Assembly: GCA_951406725.2 (NCBI GenBank)
Contig: OX597815.1
Location: 31,806,001-31,870,000, forward strand
From: Octopus vulgaris
Lineage: Eukaryota
Length of the DNA stretch: 64,000 nucleotides
Direction: 5' to 3'
The translations under genes and the position numbers were made by a program. The notes below the pieces were generated by a model. The model did not search any database. It had not been told where the DNA came from and worked only from the letters and a program-made list of their open reading frames with translations. Shown in pieces: positions 15,165 through 28,391 of this stretch (the stretch's first letter is position 1; each line of letters starts with the position of its first letter).

Positions 15165-15547
15165 CACACACACACACACTCACAATCACACATACACACA
15201 AAACACATACACACAAAGCACAAAGCATATACACACACAACACACACACACACACACACATACAACACACACAAACATACACACACACAAAAACATACAC
15301 ACACACACACACAACACACAAACATACACACACACAACACATACACACAAACATACACACACATATACACAACACATACACACAAACATACACACACACA
15401 ACACATACACACAAGCATACACACATACACACACACAGTCACACACAGCACAACACACACATACACAACACACACGCTACTTCTTTCACTTACTCCATCT
15501 CTCAGTCCTTCCCTCTGTCACACAATCTTTTTTCTCTCTTTCATTCC

Positions 15548-15599
<52 letters not shown>

Positions 15600-15663
15600 T
15601 ACATGCAATCACACGCATGTCCATTTTGTGTACATCTGTAAATATCACCTCCTGTGTAGACTT

Positions 15664-15701
<38 letters not shown>

Positions 15702-15730
15702 AAACACTTTTATACACACACATACAAACA
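15165..15730. repeat. Degenerate (CA)n tract
   Basis: Directly visible. Confidence 0.9.
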
Positions 15731-15886
15731 TAACATATACATGTACTTACATATATTAAAATAAAATATTAAAAGATAACTATTCAATCATGTGTGTGTG
15801 TGTTTCGTGTGTCGTGTGTGTGTATGTCATGTGAGTACATGTCTGTATGCATGTATGTGATAAACACATACAAACATATATCTAAA

Positions 15887-16398
15887 CCCTTAGCATTTAA
15901 TCTGGCTATATTCAACCCAAATATTAATCTCACACCTACCCCTACAATGTCATTATAAAAATACACAAAATCACCATAGAAATATTGAAGCTAGAAGATA
16001 ATGTGTGATTAATTGAAAACAATATGAATAAATAAGCAATGGCTCAGTGGTTAGAGTGTCAGGCTCACAATCATGAGGTAGTGAGTTCGATTCCCAGACC
16101 AGGCTGTGTGCTGTGTTCTTGAGCAAGACACTTTGTTTCATGTTGCTCCAGTCCACTCATTTGTAGAAATGGATTGCGATGTCACTGGTGTTAAGCTGTA
16201 TCAGCCTTTGCCTTTCCCTTAGATAAAATCGGTGGCATGGAGACGAGAGACTGGTATGCATGGGCAACTGCTGGTCTTCCATAAACAACAATGCCTGGAC
16301 TTGTGCCTTGGAGAAGAACTAAGTGTAATCCTTTGGTCATGAATGACCAAAGGGGGTCTTTTCTTTACATTTGACAAAGTAATTTGAATGCTAAAGGG
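15887..16398. mobile_element. piggyBac-like MITE containing a tRNA-SINE (about 16036-16365)
   Basis: CCCTTAGCATTT left end, AATGCTAAAGGG|TTAA right end. The insert begins with a tRNA-like head tggctcagtggttagag...gttcgattccc. Confidence 0.75.
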
Positions 16399-17082
16399 TT
16401 AAACTTGTCCAATTATATATTCATATCCACACGTTGAAGACTAGAAACTGTAGTCCACTTCTTTTAATTTTATGTGACAAAGTAAAAGACCTCACCCCCA
16501 CCCCCTTCATACCACCACCACAGCCATTTCCAAAATACAGGGCAAACACACTGAATTGTTCCCAGCCTTCCACCTTCACAACTTCAAAATCTGCAGCTGG
16601 CACTGGACACAGTGAAGTGAGGTGTAATGGAATGGAGGAATCAAAGAATTCAACACATTCAAACAATGAAAGTTAGAGAGGATACCAATTCCGAGTTCTG
16701 AGAAAGCTAGAATGCTTTTAAAGCAAACCTGATACGGTATTTGTACAATTGTCGTAATAGTTCTAATAGCATTGGATGACGACTTCTAACAGGTTACATG
16801 AAATCTTGGTAAAGTCTGAAGTCTAGGAATGTACGTCAAATAGCTGTGAGGATGGAATCTTGTCATAATTACTGTTCTGTTACCCACATACACCTCCCTT
16901 CAACCACACACACACACACACACACATACATACATATACAAACACATGCTCATACACATAAATACAGTCAAATGCGTTTTTTTCCTTCTTCTCGTACCAT
17001 GCCAGTTTTACAGGCATTGGCAATCATGAACATTCATGTCAAAGTCTGAAGAATCAAGAATTTTCTTGAGAACAATACGGTA

Positions 17083-17224
17083 ATGAATTACCATTACCTT
17101 TTGCTGATTTATTTACAGTTTATTCTGCTTGTCTTCTGCTTTTCTGAGCTTACCATTGAGGTACAGAGCTTATTTAAAACCCTTGGGCAAGGTTCAAATG
17201 ACATCAAGGCATTTTCATACACTG
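17083..17224 (+). CDS. Putative first coding exon (signal peptide) of the FREM2-like transcript
   Basis: ATG at 17083 (G at -3, in-frame TGA upstream at 17047-49) opens MNYHYLLLIYLQFILLVFCFSELTIEVQSLFKTLGQGSNDIKAFSYT + G. It ends at a strong donor ACTG|gtaagt in phase 1, matching the phase-1 acceptor at 18063 (G+AT=Asp). Hydrophobic core LLLIYLQFILLVFCF. Confidence 0.65.
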
Positions 17225-18062
17225 GTAAGTTAGTGTGACACATGTCTAGGGTCCAGCTATCCTCAAAGTCATGTATGATTTATACACATGACCATCATCT
17301 GCTATGTGACACAAGGGTCCTTAATAGGTACTACCACCCCAAGCTAGGGAGGAGTGGTGGCTAAAGAGTAAATTCATGGCTCCAAAACTCTTGAATTCCT
17401 AAGTTGAAACCTCACTACTGGATGTAGCAAGCTGACAGAATCATTACTGTGCTGGAAGAAATACTGCCGAGCATTTCTTCCAGCCTTACATTCTGAGTTC
17501 AACTGCTGCCGGGGTCAACTTTGCCTTTCATCCTCTTGGGACTGACAAAATAAGTACCAGTTAAACACTGGGCTCAATGTAATTGATTTACCCCACCCCC
17601 TCCGAATCCCTGGCCTTGTTCCAAAATTTGAAACCAATATCTTGCCCAGAACAGATATGTTTTTTCCAGGCTTTAATACTCAGTCTAAACTCAACTTTAG
17701 AAAATTATTGATACACCATAACTTAGAAAGAAATTCTATGCCTTTTTGCATGATCTGTTGTTAGGAATAGCAATCAAATCACCCTCAAATCACAAAATAT
17801 TGGTCTTTACAAAAATTGAAGGACACAGTAGAAAATGTACTTCTAGTAGCAAAAAGACAGGATGTTGGTGGCATTGGTAATGATGGTAACGGTGGTGGTG
17901 GTCATGATGACAATAATAATGATGATGATGATGATGGTGATGACAACAACGAAGGTGATGATGATATGATGACGATAATGATTAATGATGATGATAAATG
18001 ATGATGATGATGATAATGATGATGATATCACTAAACATTTTTCTTTTCTTTCTCTATTTCAG

Positions 18063-18209
18063 ATGGTAATGTCTTAAGCAACCAACCATTCCACCTCAAT
18101 TGGGCCATCATTTCAATGGAGAAAAATCTGTTCAAAGTAAACGAAGTTGAAAAATTATTAAATATCACACTTTGGAGGCGAGGTTATGTTGGTACAACAT
18201 GTTATATAA
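18063..18209 (+). CDS. FREM2: FREM2/ECM3-like exon, start of Calx-beta 1
   Basis: Polypyrimidine tract + tttcag acceptor, gtgagt donor, 147 nt. (D)GNVLSNQPFHLNWAIISMEKNLFKVNEVEKLLNITLWRRGYVGTTCYI resembles FREM2/3 GN..NQ.F.LNWA.IS.EK...V.E..K.L..TL.RRGY.G.T. The symbol means family-level similarity, not proven orthology. Confidence 0.93.
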
Positions 18210-18525
18210 GTGAGTAGAAATGTATATTTTATCTAATGGAATTATTTACATGTTATTAATCAGCATTACACATACTTTCAAAACAACCTCTCTACCTTTC
18301 TACCTCTTATATTTGTTACCCCACACCGTCTTATCTCCTCTGTCTGTTTCCCTCACTGTCTCTCTTTATAGGTATACGCTTTGTTATTCACTATGTACCT
18401 GTGTGTATATGTACTACTTTCATTTCCAACAGGTCGTATATCTGTGAGAGTTTTACATATATAGATATGCATATATACACTCACACATATACACATATAT
18501 ATGTATATATGCATACTTATATATG

Positions 18526-18566
<41 letters not shown>

Positions 18567-18635
18567 ATATAATATAATATAATATAATATATATAATATA
18601 ATATATATAATATAATATATATAATATAATATAAC

Positions 18636-18680
<45 letters not shown>

Positions 18681-18769
18681 CAGACTTTTCCATTTTCCTG
18701 AGTGTCAAACTAATACACTTGCTTGTTGTTCTTACACTTGTCTTCATCTTTTGTTTTCCTATAAATTTG

Positions 18770-18806
<37 letters not shown>

Positions 18807-19462
18807 TACATACACATATGAATAAATACACACACATATATTTATGTATATATGCATTCCATTACCTCTGTTTCCTCCATGCATTTATATATCCTATTCA
18901 TATTACTTTCCGTCCATTTCTTTCAATGTGTATAAACATGAACATATACATATATGTGCACACATGAAACACACCCACACATACTTACATATGGATATAT
19001 ATATGCACATATCTAACTCTTCTGTAATATTCTCTAATATTCATATTAATGTAAATACAGACAACTTCTCTTTAGTAAACATTCAATCAATCTCACATAC
19101 ATGCCACCTACCAACTAACCCCGCCAGACTTAAAGTAGACTATTTGTGATGGCAGAGGTTGGGGGTCTTTCATCAAATAGGATAAAGTCAGTTTGATTCA
19201 GTTGCAGTAGTACATTTATAGGCAATAAATACACTCACCCTTCCGATAAGAAGAATATATATGTATACATAATATATAAACACACAGACACACACATATA
19301 TATACATATGTGTGTCCATACATAATTACATACATACAAACATACATACATATATGTATATATATGTATATATAAGTAGAAAGAATAGCCATAACTCTTT
19401 GACTGCTATTTCTAAATTCGGTGTGTGGTGAGGCAAATCGTTGCTAAACCCTTAATTACTTA

Positions 19463-19499
<37 letters not shown>

Positions 19500-19502
<3 letters not shown>

Positions 19503-19684
19503 CTTTATTACCCACAAGGGGCTAAACATAGAGGGAACAAACAGTGCGAAACTGGTACTTTATTTATCGACCCCGAAAGGATGAAAGGCAAAGTCGACCT
19601 CGGCAGAATTTGAACTCAGAACGTAACGACAGACGAAATACCGCTAAGCATTTCGCCCGGCACGCTAATGTGTCTGCCAGCTCG

Positions 19685-19688
<4 letters not shown>
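19500..19688 (-). mobile_element. SINE family B copy, internally deleted
   Basis: Reverse complement of 55734-55968. Confidence 0.85.
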
Positions 19689-19726
<38 letters not shown>

Positions 19727-20744
19727 CATCATCATCATCATTTAACGTTTGCTTTCCATGCTAGCATGGGTTGGATGATTTGACTGAGGACTGGCGAACC
19801 AGATGCCTGCACCAGGCTCCAATCTTGATCTGGCAGAGTTTTTACAGCTGGATGCTTTTCCTAATGCCAACCACTCCGAGAGTTTAGCAGGTGCTTTTAC
19901 ATGCCACCGGCACTGGTAACGGCCATGCCCAAACAGTGTTTTTTTTTTTACATGTCACCGGCACAAGTGCCAGTAAGGTGGCACTGGTAACAATCACGCT
20001 CGATATATATCTATATATATATATGTCCATACACACACAAACATTGTTTGATTGTTGTATTTTTTCAGTTGCCAGACTGCAGTATGTGAGCAATTGTATC
20101 AAAGGGTTTAGTCTACAAAATCAACCACCTTATTTCTATCCACTTTTTTCTCAAAAACTGTTAAGTAACAGGGACATAAACAAACCAACACTGATTGTCA
20201 TAGAGTGAGTGACAAATTCTTTTACACACAGGCACACAAATACTCCCAAAGACACACACACATATATATATATGTGTGTGTGTATATGTATATTTTTACA
20301 CACATACAGATAGACAGGTACACAGCCAGACACATCATATCTTCTCTCTCTCTCCTCCTGAGGTAGCCATATTCCCCTCTAATGCAAGAATTTTTTCTGA
20401 TCCTCAGTACTAATCCCCAGCCCTTAGTTGAGAGGTTTTGTCTTGTAAATTATTTGATGATCTTACTGCTGCTGGTGCCACATAAAAATCATCTGGTACA
20501 CTCTGTAAAGTGGTTGGCATTAAGAAGGGCATCCAGCCATAGAAAACCATACCAAAGCAGACAGTAGAGCTTGATGCAGTTTTCTAACTTGCAAGTTCCT
20601 GTGAAATTATACAAACCCATACCAGTATGGACAATGGACACCAAAAGATGATGATGATGCACAACTGTCTGGTTTCAGGCTTGATCCTGCTCCACAGCAA
20701 ATTGGGCAAATATCTTCTATATAATCTCAGGACAGCCAAAGACT

Positions 20745-21777
20745 TGAAATTGTTTAGGTTGGTGAATGCTGCCATAATCCTTGCCTTCAGTTCATCTTTG
20801 GTGTTACAAGGAGTTTTGTTGGTCTCTTGCTCAACTGTGCTCCACACATAATAATCAAAGGGGTTGCAGTCCGGGGAGTTAAATGGCCAAATGTTAGGAG
20901 TGATGTAGTCACAGAAATTGTTCTGCTTGTGTGGCATGATGCAGTCCTGTTGCCAGACATAGGGTCTTCCAGCAGCCAACCTCTTGACCCCGGACAACAC
21001 TACCTCCTCCAAGCACTTGATGTAGACTCCTGTGTTGAGTCTGATGCCGTGTGGGAAGATGAATGGAAGTATAACATTGCCATCACTAGTGATCATTCCA
21101 AACACCATGATGTTTATTGGATGTTTGATTTTTATCACTCTCGGTACATGTTTTGGGGACACAACAAGTCAACGGTTGTTCTGTGTGCTCACCATCTGAT
21201 CCTGGCAGAATTTTTTCTAGTCTGAGAAAAACCAAAACATGTTCAGTTGGAGAGGTTGCATGGTCTTTCCTATTTTGGGATAAAAATTGGCTCTTTTTCC
21301 TCTTGTATGAAGAATACCAAATGTCTTCATGCCCTACCTACCAGTTAAGAAACTCCAACACAACTATGTCCCTAGAGATAGAGATGATTGACTTGAAGGG
21401 ATCATTGTCAATCATGGACTGGATCTCACCAACAATTTCAGGAGTTTCTTTTTTATCAGAACGATCAGAATGAGTTTTCCAAGCTGTCATACCTTTATAA
21501 TCACCATTAGATTCATCCACCTTTTTCTGAATCCTCTGCACTGTCTTCAGATTGACACCAAAGCACTCTGAAATGTTTGTATTGGAGCTTCCAGTGCAAA
21601 TGCCAAGCATGCTGTATCCAAATTCCTGGCAGGAGTGAATTGTGTCATGGTGCTGTTTTTCTCACAGATGATACCCAACTGACCCTACTATACTGCCTAG
21701 TTGACAATATCAAAAACAAACAATGTGCATGTGTGAAATTAAAAATATAAAATGGTGACAATTTACCCATCGCACTC

Positions 21778-21779
<2 letters not shown>
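20745..21779 (-). mobile_element. Defective Tc1/mariner-superfamily transposon (DDD type, maT/DD37D-like) with transposase pseudogene
   Basis: Minus-strand motifs FSD*KKF, IMVFGMITSDG, YVWQQD, WPFNSPDCNPFDYYVW and CNTKDELKARI, with stops and a deletion between D2 and D3. One TIR, TA|CAGAGTGCGATGGGTAAATTGTCACC, at 21779; the other is missing. Confidence 0.88.
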
Positions 21780-21826
<47 letters not shown>

Positions 21827-22590
21827 GTGTGTGTTATGGAGAAAGAGAGAGATTTGTGTGTGTGAGTGTATGTCAGAATTTGTGTATACATGTATGTGTG
21901 AGGGAGATTATGTATGTACAGGTATCTGTATATATAATATATAATATATATGTATGTATGTAGGTAGGTATGTATGTTTGTATGTATCTATCTATCTATC
22001 TGTCTATCTATCTATCTATCTCTCTATATATATATGATTTATAATTAGTGACAAAACCTCGTGTAAACAGTACTTTAGTTAGTATCTCCCTAGAGATGGT
22101 AGTAGGTAGGTAGGTGGTGGAGGAGGGACAAGACAAAATACTTCTAGGTATTTCATTAAATTGTTGAAAATGTTAATTAACAGAATATATTAATAAATAG
22201 TAAAACAGAAATAAAAACAAAATGACAAATCTTGAATTTCCAATGAGATTTTCCAAAGCTCCCAGCAAAAATGTCTTCCTGCCTGATTATGATATCAACA
22301 CAAATCCTTTGCATACTTCTCTCCCTTTCCCCCAACCTCACGTCTGTCTATCAGACTGACTCTCTCTCTCTCTCTCGTTCTGTTTTTGTTTCTTTTCTTT
22401 GATGAAATTCGTTTATCCAACATTCATGACTTCCACACCTGTATACTCAAAGAAACACATATAAACACATTAATGAATATATATAAAGCTCCACACACAC
22501 TCAAACACACATACACACGTAACATATGGTATAATTATAAACGGCAAAGTTTAGCCATTTCTCTGCAGACTGAAAAAATGTGTATGTGTG

Positions 22591-22631
<41 letters not shown>

Positions 22632-22705
22632 CCACACACACTTACAACCACACACACCCACACACACTTACAACTACACACACACACACATATATATATA
22701 TATAT

Positions 22706-22908
22706 TCTTTTATTCTTTTACTTGTTTCAGTCATTTGACTGTGGCCATGCCGGAGCAACGCTTTTAGTCAAGCAAATCAACCCAGGACTTATACTTTCTA
22801 AGCCTAGTAGTTTTGCTGAACCACTAAGTTATGGGGATGCAAACACACTGGCATCAGTAATGTAGGTGGGGGTGGGTGGCAAAAACGACACACAAACATA
22901 TACACACT

Positions 22909-22946
<38 letters not shown>

Positions 22947-23128
22947 TGTGTATATATATATATATGATGAGCTTTTTTTCAGTTTCTGTCAACCAAATCT
23001 ACTCACAAGGCTTTGTTCGACCCAAATATATAGTAGAATACTCTTCCCCAAGCTGGTGTGCAGTGGGTCTGAACCCAGAACCATGTGGTTGGTAAGCAAT
23101 TTACTTACCACACAGCCACTCCTGCACC
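22706..23128 (-). mobile_element. SINE family A copy
   Basis: Matches 54185-54603 in reverse, with internal (TA)n. Confidence 0.85.
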
Positions 23129-23129
23129 C

Positions 23130-23200
<71 letters not shown>

Positions 23201-23426
23201 GTTAATGTAGGGATAAGTAAATTAGACAGATTGATATATAAAGTGTATTACATAAATGAAATACAAAAGATGTATACATGTATACATATAAAAGGTCCAA
23301 CTTGCACACACACACACACACACACCACACACATGCACACATATTATACACATACATGTCAGCATGTATATATATATATGTATATATTTATGCATACATG
23401 TTTGCATGTATATATATATGTGTGTG

Positions 23427-23464
<38 letters not shown>

Positions 23465-23647
23465 TATGCTATAGGAATCTGCTTATTTTCTGAGCATAAG
23501 CAGAAACCCCTTCAATTACCATGAACCCTAATATTTGTGTATGTGTATATTTTTTCTGATATATGTTCATTTGAATGTATGTTAATATTTGCACACCTGC
23601 GTGTAGGGATATATATGTGAATGCATATCTATGTCTGTATGTGTATA

Positions 23648-23754
23648 CAGGGTAGGCCAAAAGTCACGCATCAAAAATAGTCAACATTTTATTTATATCA
23701 GGCTGTTGTTGTTGTTATTTTTATTATCATCATCATCATTATTATTATTATTAT

Positions 23755-23797
<43 letters not shown>

Positions 23798-23937
23798 CAT
23801 TTTACTCATCATGTACAAGCACATGTGTATTCATCATTATTTTATTCATTTTATTCAATTTTAGAAAAATTGAAACATGTCTTTAACAATTCCTGAACAT
23901 ACGGAACTTATTTTCTCGTGACTTTTGGCTCACTCTG
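23648..23937. mobile_element. Tc1/mariner-type MITE, compact copy
   Basis: TA|CAGGGTAGGCCAAAAGTCACG ... CGTGACTTTTGGCTCACTCTG|TA: about 21-bp TIRs, TA TSD, internal trinucleotide repeats. Confidence 0.85.
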
Positions 23938-24270
23938 TATTTTATCCAAGTCTTTTACAATCCTTTGAGCTTTTCCACAATATCAATGAATCTATTATTT
24001 GCTGTTTCCAATATTGTGATGCACGGATTTTAACTGAACAAGTGATAAATGGGTGTGTGGCATTGACAAGCCTAAAGCTTTTTTTCTTATGAGTTACTGC
24101 TACTAGGATCTGTCCCCCACTCCATGTGCTATATGTGTCAATGAAGATATTTTTCTCTCAGACAAAATTCACAGTATCGTGTCTTTCAATGGTGTATATA
24201 CATTTAGTTTGATAGACAGATGGCAGAACATGTTGTCTTATGTGTGTGTATGTAAGTGTGAGTGTGTGGG

Positions 24271-24399
24271 GTGGTTATATTTACATGTGCAGTTAAATAT
24301 ATGTTCAGTCGTAGAGTGACCAATGGTTTTGCATCCATAAAGTGTTCTTATGGACATGAAGCTGTTGGTCACTCCGTGACCACATGTAAATGTGACTAC
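24271..24399 (+). ncRNA. Candidate structured intronic RNA (pri-miRNA-like hairpin)
   Basis: 24271-24289 pairs with 24381-24399 (19 bp). 24308-24340 pairs with 24348-24380 (33 positions, 3 mismatches), 7-nt loop. About 10 G-U pairs on the + strand. Confidence 0.5.
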
Positions 24400-24589
24400 A
24401 TTACTGCTTTATCCTTTAGAGTATGCTTCTTTTTTGGATATATGATCCACTGACGATCTCTCTATATATATATAGACACACATACACACATATATTCATA
24501 TATATATATATATACATATATATATACACACACATACACACATATATATATACACACACATACACACACATATATTCATATATATATAT

Positions 24590-24674
<85 letters not shown>

Positions 24675-24787
24675 TATGTATATAATTTTATATATATATA
24701 TCAGTTTTGTAGGCCTTGTTTGTGTGCTGTGCTTTAACATTATTATTACTATCATTATCACAAGTTTTCCCCTCTCCTCCCTCATCG

Positions 24788-24821
<34 letters not shown>

Positions 24822-24867
24822 AATTCTCATCATTATTACAATTGTTGTTGTTGTTATTGATTTGCAG

Positions 24868-24948
24868 CTATTCAAGTTGAAGATGGCACAGCTAAAGTTG
24901 GCGAAGACGTACAAGTTCAGTACCGGACCAAACTCCAGTTTAAGCCAG
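24868..24948 (+). CDS. FREM2: FREM2-like exon (Calx-beta 1, middle)
   Basis: ttgcag acceptor, gtaatc donor, 81 nt, phase 1-1. (T)[26 protein letters not shown](G) carries the Calx-beta DGTA..G.D and F.PG motifs. Confidence 0.9.
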
Positions 24949-25460
24949 GTAATCAAATTATCCACCATAATCTGTCTAAGATTACTATATATATACATAT
25001 ATATATATATACACATATACATAAATATATATATTTATATATATCCACCCATCCAATAAGGCACATACACACATACAAGGAGACAAACACTGACACAGCA
25101 CAATTTTGCTAAAAAAAAATAAAGCAGTTTCGGAGTAAAACTTTGATAAACAGATTATCATTTTGAAAGATCAGGTATTTTCGGAAAATATTTCAAGCCG
25201 TGTTACTTATTTTGTATACTGTCTGATTCAAATGTCTATTGTTGTTTGTATTTATCATGAGGTTGTTGTTGTTGTTGTTGTTTGATGTTATAAGAACAGC
25301 TTTGCATGTGTGTGTGTGTGTATTGGAGTCTGAGTGTATGAGTATATTGCTGCAGACAGTTACTTTGCCTGACAAATTGTGTATATATATATGCCATATA
25401 TGTGTATATGTGTGTGCCTGTATATGTGTATGTGTATTTATATTTGTGTGTGTGTGTGCG

Positions 25461-25497
<37 letters not shown>

Positions 25498-25587
25498 TCA
25501 TAAATATATATAACTATATACACATATATATATATACATATCTATATACACACACATATATATACACATATATATGTATATATATAT

Positions 25588-25624
<37 letters not shown>

Positions 25625-25639
25625 AACATATACATATAC

Positions 25640-25756
<117 letters not shown>

Positions 25757-27045
25757 CATATATACACATATACATATATACACATATACATATATATATA
25801 CACATATATATATATATACATATATACACATATACATATATATACACACACATATATATATATATAGTATATACAGCATGTGTGTGCATGTGTGTAATGA
25901 CGTGATGCTCATCTAGCCATCTACAGATTGGTTTCAAATTTCTACATTGGAATGGTTTCTTTTCCTGCACTAATTGGTCCTTGGGAAAGAATAACAGGGC
26001 AGCCGTGGAATCTCACGATGTGCTGTGACGTGTCCCTCTCTCATTTCATATTCTATGGCTGCATGCTTAAAAACAAAACCACTTAAGGACAGAGTGCAGT
26101 TAGGCATTGGAAAATATTTTCACAGTTCTAAACACGAAGCCTCACAATATAGCATTAAGGAAAGAAAGGAAATAGGATGTGGTAATATTCATGCTTTTCC
26201 AGCAGATATGAGGTATAAAATGAAGAGGAAGGACTGAAATCAGTTGCAAGTTTCATTTCCTGCACATTTGTCACCCGGTGATACATCACTGTGTTTGTAA
26301 TATGCCCTTTAATGATGTGGCCTAGGGTCATTTTGAACCTAACCCTCAACTCCTAACCCTAACCTCTAACCCTCCCGACCCCCACCTCCTCAAGCTCTCC
26401 TATTCTCTTAACCACTAGTTGAGAATCAACTGTGTGTGTGTGTGTATGTTTGTGTGTGTGTTTGTGCATGTGCTGTGTGTGCATGTGTGTGTGTGTCTCT
26501 GTATGTATTTATGTATGTATGTATGTATGTATGTATGTATGTATTTATGTATGTATGTATGTATGTATGTATTTATGCATGTACGTGTATATGTATATGC
26601 CAAGTTGCTTTTGAGTACTGTTGGTAACATGTAACCCAATATAAACCTGTCACATGGTCAGGTTGTTGACAGCTGAACTGGCAACCCCACCAAGCTTGCT
26701 AGCTGACGTGGTTGATTTTTGGACACTTGGTAGGATGGAAAACAAAACACATTGTAGGGCATAGGAGCTCATGAGAGCCAATAGCCATCCAATTGAGGTC
26801 TGCTGTTCATCAGTCTCATAGTATACATGCACTAACTGTTGTTATCAGTGCTAAAAGGTGAAAATGGTTCAACACAAGCCATTACCACTTTAAAGAAGTT
26901 ACTCTGTGGCCTATCCAAGGGATTTACGTTCACTTTTTATCTAGATCATTCTAAAAAGGGAAAAGAAATGAAGTGAAAAAGTAAAATTCTTTGGTCCTTA
27001 TTTGTTGAATATGAGAGAGTCCATATATATATATATATATATACA

Positions 27046-27255
27046 CAGTAATCCCTCAAGTATCTCGGGTGTTACATTCCAAAATCCCCCCGCGATCAGT
27101 GAAAATCCACAAAGTAGAAATAGTACTGTACTGTATATTTTTTTTAATTATTTTTATAATTTGTATATATTTATTGTATTATAAATGCAAAACAGCACCA
27201 CAGAAGAATTGATGTAAGCTTAAATAATAAACCGTGATATGGCCAATGATTACTG
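27046..27255. mobile_element. pogo/Tigger-like MITE
   Basis: CAGTAATCCCTC...TTCCAAAATCCCCCCGCGAT...AAAATCCAC left end is Tigger-like; right end GATTACTG|TA. Confidence 0.65.
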
Positions 27256-27339
27256 TATATATAAGTATATATATATAAATATATACACACACACACATGC
27301 ATAAACACTGGATTTTATGTGAAGTTACATAATCATTAA

Positions 27340-27560
27340 CCCATTAACATTCAAACAGGCTATATCGGGCCCAAAATATACTGCCAGGTTTTTTATCAAA
27401 CTGACCGGCTCCAGCTTCTTGTGCGTATCCTACAATGTCATTCTGAAAGTAAAGAACCACAGCATTGAAATCTTGAAGTTATGAGATAATGTATGATTAA
27501 TTCAAAACAATGTGAATAAATAAGAATTAAATTTGATAGAGTAATCTGAATTCTAAAGGG
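27340..27560. mobile_element. piggyBac-like MITE, empty copy
   Basis: TTAA|CCCATTAACATTC ... GAATTCTAAAGGG|TTAA. Confidence 0.8.
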
Positions 27561-27825
27561 TTAAGCTGAGGGATTAATACTTTTAAATAAGTTACATGGA
27601 TATTTATTTCTATAAAAGAAAATCTAGCTGTGACTACAAAGTTTCATTTTGCTCAACATAATCAGAGAGTTTTATTATGTCATACAAGCCAAGATTCCAA
27701 AACTGCACTACCTATTACTTGAAAAATTAACATATATGTATGTAGTTGATCCACTCAACGAATTGAGGGTAATACTTATTTGTAACTTACTTTGACTGTG
27801 TTTTTTTTTAATTTTTTTATTCAAG

Positions 27826-27975
27826 GACAAACTGAAAATACATGGCAGATCCATATCATTGATGATAACAAATTTGAAAATAATGAGAAGTTTTACCTGA
27901 AGCTCAGTGACCCCGTTATGGCTATTGTTGAGGAACCATTGCAGGCCACAGTTGTGATAGTTGACATTGAAGATG
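27826..27975 (+). CDS. FREM2: FREM2-like exon (Calx-beta 1, end)
   Basis: T-rich tract + caag acceptor, gtaagc donor, 150 nt. (G)QTENTWQIHIIDDNKFENNEKFYLKLSDPVMAIVEEPLQATVVIVDIED carries the I.DD..FE..E.F...L..P motif. Confidence 0.95.
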
Positions 27976-28002
27976 GTAAGCTTTCACTAAACACTCTTTA
28001 AT

Positions 28003-28391
28003 CTTTACTCTTTTACTTGTTTTAGTCATGTGACTGTGGCCATGCTGGAGCACCGCCTTTAGTCGAGCAAATCATCCCCAGGACTTATTCTTTGGAAGCC
28101 TAGTACTTATGCTATTAGTCTCTTTTGCCGAACCGCTAAGTTATAGGGATGTAAACATACCAGTATCGGTTGTCAAACAATGTTGGTGGGGGGGAAACAC
28201 AGACACACATACATATATATACATATATACGACGGGCTTCTTTCAGTTTCCTTCTACCAAATCCACTCACAAGGCTTTGGTCGGCCTGAGGCTATAGTAG
28301 AAGACACTTGCTCAAGGTGCCATGCAGTGGGACTGAACCCAGAACCATGTGGTGGGTAAGCAAGCTACTTACCACATAGCCACTCCTACGC
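28003..28391 (-). mobile_element. SINE family A, near full length, about 28 nt after an exon donor
   Basis: Reverse match to 54185-54603. Confidence 0.88.

Noticed and set aside
16036-16110. tRNA gene candidates (also near 31920-31990, 54185, 58300)
   Set aside because: A/B boxes run into SINE bodies with no complete cloverleaf.
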